Shown piece after piece: positions 25,058-33,900 of a stretch of 37,711 nt of DNA. The position numbers and the translations under genes were made by a program. Below the pieces are notes generated by a model. That model was not told where the DNA came from. It was given only the letters and a program-made list of their open reading frames with translations, and made no database searches. Each line of letters opens with the position of its first letter. The first letter of the stretch is position 1. The stretch covers positions 1 through 37,711 of the IMG/VR virus record IMGVR_UViG_3300043391_000311; one strand, written 5' to 3'. This stretch comes from a virus (lineage: Duplodnaviria; Caudoviricetes).

Positions 25058-25327
25058 TCATGCGGTGGCTTTTGCGACCGCTGCGCGTGCGGCGATTCGT
25101 GGAATATCCACGCTCAATTCTGGGTCAAGCTGGCGCGAGGAATTGTCGAACTCTGCAAGCATGGCCTTGAGGGCTTCGAGCAGGTCAGGGGCGGCAGATA
25201 TGAGGCGGGCGTTGGCGGCTTTTTCTGCATCTGCTTTGCCTGTAGAGGCATTCGTGTTTGCTATGCGATCACCGATAGGGCCGGTGACGGTGAGGTTATG
25301 GACGGTCCAAGGTGCGGGAGTGTGCAT
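25058..25327 (-). CDS. Common small phage early protein
   Basis: HTPAPW...ANARLISAAPDLLEALK...ARAAVAKA signature. Confidence 0.8.
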   Translation of the reverse strand: MHTPAPWTVHNLTVTGPIGDRIANTNASTGKADAEKAANARLISAAPDLLEALKAMLAEFDNSSRQLDPELSVDIPRIAARAAVAKATA

Positions 25328-25349
25328 GGTGGTGGTGGTGTTGTTTGGG

Positions 25350-25475
25350 TTAAGCCCACAGAATGAGGGCGACTGAGAAAAAAGCGACGGTGCCGAGAAT
25401 CCAAGCTGCCATCATGCCGCACACGGCGGCGCTGAACTCTTCGGCAGCGCGGTTAGTAGAAGGTGCAGTCTTCAT
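25350..25475 (-). CDS. 41-aa membrane peptide
   Basis: manual translation MKTAPSTNRAAEEFSAAVCGMMAAWILGTVAFFSVALILWA; ATGA overlap. Confidence 0.55.
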   Translation of the reverse strand: MKTAPSTNRAAEEFSAAVCGMMAAWILGTVAFFSVALILWA

Positions 25476-25732
25476 GGCTTAACCTCCTTCTGCTCGTTGG
25501 CCCAGATGCGCCAGCGTGCTGCCATCATGGCGACTTCTGACAGCTTATGCTCAAGCTCCGTCATGGTGGACAAGAAATCGTCCACGACGATCAAAGCGCC
25601 CTGCGTGTTGCCCATGTCGTGGTCGCTGGCAGCTTCGCGCAACTGACCGGAAGCCGTGCCGAGAAGTTCGAATAAGTCGTGAAACTCGCAACGAGCATCA
25701 AGCAGGAGGTCTGAGGTGAGTTCGTAGTTCAC
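25472..25732 (-). CDS. Hypothetical acidic helical protein
   Basis: 86 aa; GTGA overlap with the RHH gene. Confidence 0.6.
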   Translation of the reverse strand: MNYELTSDLLLDARCEFHDLFELLGTASGQLREAASDHDMGNTQGALIVVDDFLSTMTELEHKLSEVAMMAARWRIWANEQKEVKP

Positions 25733-25884
25733 TTCGCGCCTCCTTTCTTGGCGGACTTTGCAAGAAAGTCGGTGACCAGTTTTTTGAGGATTGAGGAAAC
25801 GGACTCGCCGCGTTCAGCAGCCAGGACGCGAAATGTCTTGTGCTGCTCCGATGGTATGTTTGTGCCGATGTAGATGAGCTTCAT
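25729..25884 (-). CDS. Ribbon-helix-helix (Arc/CopG/ParG-like) regulator, first gene of the early operon
   Basis: manual translation MKLIYIGTNIPSEQHKTFRVLAAERGESVSSILKKLVTDFLAK (51 aa). Confidence 0.75.
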   Translation of the reverse strand: MKLIYIGTNIPSEQHKTFRVLAAERGESVSSILKKLVTDFLAKSAKKGGAK

Positions 25885-25889
25885 TGCGC

Positions 25890-25958
25890 AGCATCCATTT
25901 CACATCGACCCCACCCCGTCAATCGCGGATTTTAGTTTTTTGCGATTTTGTTTTTATA
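25890..25958 (-). promoter_or_regulatory. Putative early promoter region
   Basis: A-tracts followed by TTGACG (25922-25917) upstream of the RHH gene; -10 element unclear. Confidence 0.4.
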
Positions 25959-25970
25959 GGCTCGCTTGCC

Positions 25971-26276
25971 TCATGGCATGTCAGGCGTGTAGGGTTGCAG
26001 GTGGTTTTGCGTCAGCCACTCCGCAGGAAAACCCGGCTGCGTGTCCAGGTCATACTCGTGACACTCCGCCCAGGGTAGAGCGGAGGCGAGTTGCTGGCAG
26101 GCTGCCAGCGCCACATCGGAGACTTGTCCTGAAAGCCAGTAACGTGTGTCGCCTTGATCGGCGCGGACAAAAGTATCAGCGGATTCTTTAGCCGAAAGAC
26201 TGAAAGGCGGTTTTTCCAGTAAAGCACGAGCCTCGTCAAGGTGGACTTTTTCAATAATAACAAGGATGCGCATCAT
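25971..26276 (-). CDS. Hypothetical protein, partner of the LamG-like gene
   Basis: 101 aa; ATGA overlap; last gene of the late operon. Confidence 0.6.
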   Translation of the reverse strand: MMRILVIIEKVHLDEARALLEKPPFSLSAKESADTFVRADQGDTRYWLSGQVSDVALAACQQLASALPWAECHEYDLDTQPGFPAEWLTQNHLQPYTPDMP

Positions 26277-27004
26277 GGCGTAGCAGGAATGGAGGTGCCG
26301 TAACGGGTGTTGAAGTAGGTCCAGATGGTCGTGCGGTCGGTGGTGCCCAGCACGCTTGGGTAAAACAATAGCTCGGCTATTTCATAGCTTGAAAACAAAC
26401 CATCTCCGCGCCGAAACAAACGCATATTTGCCAGCGCCTTGGAATAGTTGGCAGACGTGCTGCCGCCCGTGTTATTGTAAGCACGGATTGTGCCGGTTGT
26501 TGCGTTTCCTGTGAGGCAATATGACGAAGCAACGTTTACTGACATTGTTGACTGATTAACAGCGCCAACATTAGAGTTAATCACGGCGTTTGAACTACCG
26601 TCATATTGCCACAAAATATAAGCGCTATCAGGGTTATAATCATCAATCGAAAGAACGTTTTGTTGCGTTCCAGCCGTTGAAATTAATCGCCCCACATAAA
26701 ACAAACTCCATGCCGTTTTGGCTGCAAAGGAAGACAAAAGCAAGCTGTCATCCACACCGTCCGCCTGCACGGTGGGCCGCGAGTTGATCCGGCCTGTTTT
26801 GAATGTTGGCCGCGCGGTGCCGCTGCTGGTAAAGTGATTTCCATTTCCACTCCAGTCCGTGAACTGCCCCACCGGATCATTGTTGGCGAAGGACTCCCTG
26901 TTTGCATCCAGCCAAATGAGCGGTCCCGCTACGGGTGGAAGGATGGACGCACCGCTGCGAAAGCGCGTTTTCGACAATCCCAGACCGTTGGCAAGTGCGG
27001 GCAT
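26273..27004 (-). CDS. LamG/concanavalin A-like domain protein (candidate receptor-binding protein)
   Basis: IWLDA, DWSGNGNH, RPTF...INSRPTVQADGVDD, IAELLFY...L....R..IWTYFNTRYG. Confidence 0.75.
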   Translation of the reverse strand: MPALANGLGLSKTRFRSGASILPPVAGPLIWLDANRESFANNDPVGQFTDWSGNGNHFTSSGTARPTFKTGRINSRPTVQADGVDDSLLLSSFAAKTAWSLFYVGRLISTAGTQQNVLSIDDYNPDSAYILWQYDGSSNAVINSNVGAVNQSTMSVNVASSYCLTGNATTGTIRAYNNTGGSTSANYSKALANMRLFRRGDGLFSSYEIAELLFYPSVLGTTDRTTIWTYFNTRYGTSIPATP

Positions 27005-27007
27005 AGG

Positions 27008-27262
27008 TTATTCCTTCCAGAGAATGACCTTGCCGCTGGTGAGGTCGATTACGCTGCCGCGAATCGGGTAATAGCCGACGGGAAGCGTTGTCGCCAGCCC
27101 GGCCTCGTCGCCATCGTAAGCGCCTTCGGGATTGCCCGCTGTCGGGGCCGTGATGGCGTTGATAACCGCCTCCGCGATGACCGTAAAGCCGTAGAAATTA
27201 AAGGTCACGGCGTCCGTGCCAGTGACGACCTTGTACCCTTTGCTGGCGTGTTCTCGATTCAT
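27008..27262 (-). CDS. Small beta-rich putative structural protein
   Basis: 84 aa; TLPVGYYPIRGSVIDLTSGKVILW. Confidence 0.6.
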   Translation of the reverse strand: MNREHASKGYKVVTGTDAVTFNFYGFTVIAEAVINAITAPTAGNPEGAYDGDEAGLATTLPVGYYPIRGSVIDLTSGKVILWKE

Positions 27263-27660
27263 GGTTTGATGGTGATAGGGTTTTTAGCGGATGCTTTGGC
27301 GCGTTCATTCAGCGCCACAGGAACAGCAGCAACGGCAGCGGATTTGCCCACGTTGAGCCAGCCAGAGGACGTGATGCCGATGAAGGTTTTCTCGCCGCTT
27401 GGCAACGTGCCGCAAGAGCAAAGCAGCAGAGCCAGACATGGGACGGCGATGCGGGATGCCAGCTTCGAAAGGCCAATCTCCGCGCCCCAAGAAAGGACGG
27501 CGGCGACGCCTGCCACGACCGCAGCGGTTGTGTGCTCCGGCACTCCTTGACCGGCCAAGAATGCCGTCATGGAAACCGAGGCCGCAGCAATGAGCTTGAG
27601 CACTTGGCGAAATAGCCAGCCGCTATTGGTGGCGGTGAGAGAGAGAAGTAGAGCGTTCAT
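27259..27660 (-). CDS. Membrane protein with two TM segments and an internal lipobox (holin/spanin-like)
   Basis: two hydrophobic helices then CLALLLCSC. Confidence 0.55.
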   Translation of the reverse strand: MNALLLSLTATNSGWLFRQVLKLIAAASVSMTAFLAGQGVPEHTTAAVVAGVAAVLSWGAEIGLSKLASRIAVPCLALLLCSCGTLPSGEKTFIGITSSGWLNVGKSAAVAAVPVALNERAKASAKNPITIKP

Positions 27661-27905
27661 TTTGGATGGGTGGACAAAATTTCATGCGAGGCGCCAAGGT
27701 GGCGCAGGAGCATGTTGCGAAGTTCTTTGCGATCCGTGTCGCATTCGGAAATGTGCTTCTCCATCACGTCGAGCCGTTCGGTTCGCTCCGCGTTGAGCAC
27801 CTCGACAAGTTGCTGGTTGCTTTTGGAAAGCCACCAGACGGCGATCCCCATGAGAAGCGCGGGAAGTCCGGCGGATGCAATTGATGTCCAAAGGTCGGGC
27901 GGCAT
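27657..27905 (-). CDS. Holin-like protein (single TM plus coiled coil)
   Basis: probable start 27905; IASAGLPALLMGIAVWWL then a charged coiled coil. Confidence 0.55.
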   Translation of the reverse strand: MPPDLWTSIASAGLPALLMGIAVWWLSKSNQQLVEVLNAERTERLDVMEKHISECDTDRKELRNMLLRHLGASHEILSTHPK

Positions 27906-27942
27906 TGTGCAAAAAGGGTGGAACTCGGTGGTGAAAATCAAA

Positions 27943-30900
27943 TTATTTTTTGTCGCCAAGGTTCTGAATCACCTTGGCCGCATCCAGGCCAGCATGCGAA
28001 AGCGACGCTGCCGCTGCCGCTGTATCGTTAATTAAACCAAGCGTTGAAAGCAGGGTGTCAACGTCGCGCATGTCACCTTCACCGCTGGCGATGTCTTTGA
28101 GCGCAGGCCACGCCCAGGCCACGCCGGAAAGCATTCCCTGATCTCCCATGAGTTCAGATGCCAACGGCACGCCGTGAAGTGGCCCGGTCAGAGCCGCAAG
28201 TGTCAGGCGTTCCGCACTCCATTTCTTTTCGTCGTCGTCCCCTTTGGCCTCGCGCCATAGACCTTTCAAAACCTGAGTCAGCAAACCGCCGACGCCGAAC
28301 ACGAGGAAAGCCGTTTTGGCAAACTGCGCAGGTTCGCTTTTTGCCTTTGTCGCCGCCCAAGCCATGAGCGCGATTTTCTGGCGAGCTTCGGAAGCGTAGG
28401 CCCAGGACACTTTGGCGAGCGGATTTGTGCTCGTGACCTCTGCCAGCGACCGCGCCGCCATGCGGGTAGGCTGTGCCACTTGCTCAGTGTCTCGCTGCGC
28501 TTCTGTGTGCGCGTGTTCTTCGAGATCCGCACCAGTCAAGCCGAGTGCCCGGCCTGTGCCGCGATGGTAATCCAATAGCAGCGCGTAGGTGCCAGCGGTG
28601 AAGAGCGCGTCCGTGCCGCTCAACAGCTGCCCCAGGGCGCGAGTTGCGCGTTTGATTTGATTTGGCCTCGATGCCGCCGCAAGTCCTTCCATAGCTTGCC
28701 GCACGATGGGAGGCGCGGACTTGTAGCGCCGCTGAATGAACGGCGAATTGATAGCATCACGATACCCCAGGTTGCCGGTGAGCAGCTTGGATATGCCAAC
28801 AAGGTAGGAACCGAGCGGCATCTTGACCGACGCCGCCGCCAGCTGCGTTGATTGCACAAGCAGCGTCGAGAAGCGTCCCAAAAGGCCGACGCTTGCAGCC
28901 CGCCCGGTCATGCGTTGAAGCATCTTGTTCATTTCCAGCGAGGACGAGGCATCGCGGAAACCACCTTGAGCAATGGCGTCGATCCACTTCCGCAGAGCCG
29001 TTGCTGCCTGTTCGCCGCCCTTGGCCTTTACCGCGTTGAGCACTTCTCGGTTGCCAAGGATGGCCGACGACTCAAGCGCGAGGTCATAATACGCCTTCCA
29101 GTATTCAAGCTGGCGAGTGTGCATCAGTAGCGTTTGAAGCGCATCGCGGAACTCCGGCTCAGCAATCGCGTTGCGTGAGCGGGTGCGCAGGCTCCCCGGC
29201 GTGAGGATTGAGCCGCTCGACATCGACGCGCCCGATACCGGGTCGATTACCTCGCCCGCCTTTGCTTGGACAGGCTGGACGGTGATCGGCGCATAGTTGT
29301 CATGCGCAGGCATGTTCACGCCGTAGCGCTGGCGGTAGAGCGGATTCAACACAGCATGCTCAGCGCCGTATTTCTGCATGATCCAAGCCATGACGCTTTG
29401 CGCTTCCGGCGTGAGTTGCCCGGTGATTTCGTCGATCCAGGCTTGGTCATAGCTCCACGAGGAAATCGGTTTCCCATCCTCGCCAAGCTGACCTTCCATG
29501 TGCCGCCGCCCGTCTTCTTGCCGCCACATTAGCAAAGCCTGGATGGCCCCAAGCTGCGACAATTCACCTTTGGCAGTCTGAATCGTGCGTTGCGCCATGT
29601 CATAGCGGAGCTTTTCGCCGGCGAGAACTTTGCCGCCCGCGAGCGTGGTGAACAAATTTTGCACCTCGTCAGCGAGCGCCTGATTCACGTCCTCGTATTG
29701 GCCGGATGCTTCGCGCTCCGCATCGACCAGTGATTTCACGCGGGCGGACGTCGAGCCGAAAGCATAGCTCAGAACCTCGTGGAACGACGACAGCGAGAGG
29801 AAGCCGCCCTTGATCTTGCCAAGCAGGGTTTCTGCCTCACGTTCCGCCGCGTCGCGTTCCGGCTTCACGCCAGACTTGCCCGTGTCGGCGATGAATGCCG
29901 CCCGCATGCCTGCGCGTTCCTCGCGCTTCTCGATCTGCGCCAGTTTCCACTTGATCCATCCGCCTTCGTAGATGTCGCGCAAAGTATCCAGCGCTGAGAA
30001 CACGCGGCCAGCATCAGCGTTCTTCAAGTCGCCCACAAGTTCCACGATGCCGCGCTCCGTAATGGCAAGCGCCTCTTGCTCTGGTGTCAGCGTGTCGCCA
30101 CCGATAAGGGAATCAAGCCGTGCCAGTTCACCCGCCACAGCCACCTCGTCCATCTTCGCCGCACGTTCAGCGGCGGCGAATAGCGCGTGCATATCGGCAT
30201 CCTTGCCCTTGCCGCGCTTGCCCGCTTCACTATCAGGACGCGCTTTCTTGAACAGCTTTTCAATCTCTGCGACACCTTCCTTCTTGAGCCACTTTTCAAG
30301 CTCCGCGTTGAGCTTTTCAATCCGGCGCTCGATCTCGTCAAGCATGGCCTCGTCAGTCGCCAGCCCAGCGAGCTTGACGTAGCCGCCCACGCGGGCGCGG
30401 ACTTCGGGCGGAGCAGCAGCAAGGATTCCATCAAGCAGCCGCAGAGCGGCTTTCAGGTTCTCGCGTTGAGCCTTCGGACTTCCGGCCTTCTTTTTGGCGC
30501 CTTCCGCCCATTGGTCAGCTTCCGCCCGGCTGGCATCCTTGGCGTATTTCTGCGCGGCTTTGTAAGCGGCCACGGCTTCACGGTGCGCGGTCTTGTCCTT
30601 TTTCGTGGAGGCGATGCGCTTGCCGAGTTCGTTCCAGAGCGTGTCCGCATAGGCGTCCGGCAAAAGCCCGGCGTCATTCATCGCCTGCGCCATTTGGTCA
30701 GGCATGATGCCAGCGCCCTTAGAATAAAACGACGGCGGCAGCCAAGGGACGCCGTCATAGTCGCCCGCTTTGGCGTCCACCTTGCCCGCCTTCTTGGCGT
30801 TCGTGAACGACATGAGCTTGCCGAAATCCAGCATGGCCGAAACAAGCGGATCATCTTCGAGCGCCAATGGCTCAAATTCCAACGTCTGACGCGCATTAGG

Positions 30901-33900
30901 CGTCAGGCCGTCCATGTAATCATTCATCCGCGCCTCGTAGGCCAGGGCTTCACGCATCCGCGCTTCCTTGCCAATGTCGCCAGCGCCACGAATCACAGCA
31001 GCTTTCTCGATCCATTCCGCGCCGAGTTTTTGCGCCCGCGCTTTTGCCACCTGCGCAATCGCCAACCGCAGTTCAGGGTTGCGCCGGAAGGGAGAAAACG
31101 CGGCAGACATCCGCGACTCGAAGTCGCCGCTACGAATGGAAAACGTAATCCGATTGTCCGCAGGATTGAACCGCTGGCTCAATGGGATGACATTACCTTG
31201 ATCGTCACGGGTGACGGGGTCGGCTGATTTGATTTGGTTGGGGTCTAAAACGATAACCTCATCCGCTTTAGACTCATGCGCGAAACCTTTATTGTATATC
31301 TCAATTGAGTCATAGTCGCCCTTAACGAAATCATAAGCCTCATTGGTTAAGATTCTTGGGAACTCTTTGTTTCCATCGCCAAAAACCTCAATTGCCCACT
31401 CCTTTGTATCCTTATCAAAAACCAATGGGTTTCTGTATTTTAGATAGACGTTGAGAATCTTTTCTCCGGTTTTCTTCTGGTTGTGGTATGCGGGAGTGTT
31501 CTCTTTATCCAGAGAGAAAAAGAACCCCTTTCCAGACTTCCCAATAAGTGTTCTGGTATTACCATTCTTTCCAAGCCATTGACGTGTTTCTTGAAGGTTT
31601 CCACCTTGGATAAACTCATTGAAACTCTCCCAAGTCTTATGGTATGCCTTGGTTTTGTATCCAGCTTTTTCAGCCGCCGCGTCCACCATCGCCTGCTGCT
31701 TGGCAACGTCGCCAGCTTCAACTGCCGCCATGTACTCGGCGTCCATCGCCGGAGAGACGGCGCGGATGGAGAAGGTTGGGCCTTCTACATTTGCGCCTGC
31801 TCCTGCGGCTCCGCTGCCGTTGCCAACATCGCCTCGTCCCCCGCTTCGATTATCATCGAAATCAATTCCGAGATATTGTTTGGCTGCGAGTTGAGCGTAG
31901 TCTGAGATTGTTCCTGAAGTGCTTCCATATTTGTAACCCGCTTCGCGGCTTTTGAATATCATATAGAACCAACGAACTGCTTGCAAGGCTGAAGGTTCAA
32001 AATCTTGGCCCATCTTTACCTCAATTGTTCGCTTGAATGCTGATGCAAAATTTTGGAAAATTTCATGCTCCATTCCATTTGTTGGCAATCCAGTTCCGTT
32101 TTCAAACATCTGTGGGAAGTAGGATCGAATAAATCGACTTTCCCAAATGTCGGTGGTTGTAAAACGAGAATCACCTGTGGCGTTGAGGGTGTAAGCTCCA
32201 ACCTTTGGGCCAAATATAAACATTCTAGGAATGAGCTTATCCTGGCCAGTGGCTTCATTCACTACCCGTCGAATGTCGCCAATGTCAGAAACTCCGCCAG
32301 CATAACCCATTTCTTTATTAAATGCGTGCAACTCTTTGCTGGTGATGCCTTCATGTAAATAAAAGTTTACAGCTTCCCAGTTTCCAAGCTTTTTAAATAA
32401 TCCCTCAATTACTTTTAGGGTAAATATCTTGTTCGCTCCTGTGTTTGATTGAAGTTTAAAAGGATTTCCATCCTTCACCTTTCGGTTACCTTTTTCAGAT
32501 CGTTCAAGCTCAAGCTTTCCAAAAGACTTTTCTGACTGCCAAAGGTTCATCACTTGCATGGCATCAGCCAGATTCCCGCGCAAAGGCGTGGCTGGAGATG
32601 TTAATCCAGTGAACAATCTAAACCCAACAAAATCATCATTTGTGAAATTTGGGAAAGTGATATCAAGGATGTTCCTTGTAGTGTTCCAGTCGTCGGCATA
32701 GTAATTGAGATACTTTGGATTCTCTTTTAACCATCCAAGAATATCATCGACCGATCTGCGTGCCGCTTCATTAATGTTTCGCAGCGATGGCTTAAGCCGT
32801 TGCCCTGCGGCTTTCATTAACTCAGGCCAAAAAACATTAAAGAAATCATCATCAGCCTCCTCAAGAGCTTTGCCCATTTCTTCTCTTGATTTTTTCCACT
32901 TGTTAATTTTCCGCTGCATAAGCGGATCATTTCGTTTTGATTCTGCTAAATTCGTTGCTGCACTAATAGAGAAAGTCGGCCCATCCACCGGCTTCTCGTT
33001 CTCTTCAAGGATCTTCACCAGCGACTCGTCAAAAATAACATAGTTGCTCGTGCCTTCACCTGCTCCTCGTGAGCCGCCGTCAAGGTAGCGAATGCCGGGA
33101 ATGCCAAGGGAGGCAAGATATTGAGATGCGCTAGGCGCTGATTTGCGAGAAAGAAACGCAGCCGGATCATCAGTAGAGAGGCTTTCGTAAAACTTTGCGC
33201 CTGTATTGTTCTCAAAAGTGAACCGCGACGATTTGGTCTTTGCTAAAATGAGTTCAATCGCCGCCTTCACCTTGTCGCTCTGCTCACTCAGCGGCTTGTC
33301 CCAGTCGAGGAAGTCAGCCTCGTCCGGCAAGAGTTCCACGGTGTAGAGGTTACCGCCGCCACCTTCGGCTGTGTCGATCAAATAAATAGCTTCATCGGCC
33401 ACCTCTTGGCTAATGATGCCGTCACGAAGTTCTGACCGGATTTCTCTTTTAGCCTCCAGCTTGTTGCCTTTATAGCCAAGAGTTCCTTTGGCTTTATAGG
33501 CTGCCTCTGCGCTCACACTTGGGTATTCTGCAATGAGTTTCCAAGCAGTAGCGCCGAGGCGTTTTTGGTACTCTGCTGCCACGGCCTTTTCCTGCGCAAA
33601 ATACAGCCCCCAGCCATAAGCCTGGGCACCTTCGCCCGTGCCGATCTTAGCCATGCGAAAACGATCCACTTGATACGGCGTGCCGTGGTAGGCGCGGACG
33701 CTAAACGTGGTCGGCCCGACAAGTCGCGCACCGTCAGGCATTTGCACGATCTTCGAAGCGTCAGCGGGAACGGCGCGAGACATCGAAAACGTCTCGCCAT
33801 TCGGACCTGGCGCTTCTTCCGAATAGGTCGCGCCGCCCACGTTCAGCGCCTCGTTGGCGATGGCTTCGGCGTCCGCTGATGCTTCGCGCTCGAACTTGGC

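Noticed and set aside
25971-27004. BPP-1-type diversity-generating retroelement
   Set aside because: No reverse transcriptase ORF and no template/variable repeat pair seen
9565-31227. Long plus-strand ORFs (e.g. 9565-10377, 10819-11868, 13862-14824, 30187-31227)
   Set aside because: Antisense shadows of well-supported minus-strand genes in GC-rich DNA, with no recognisable motifs
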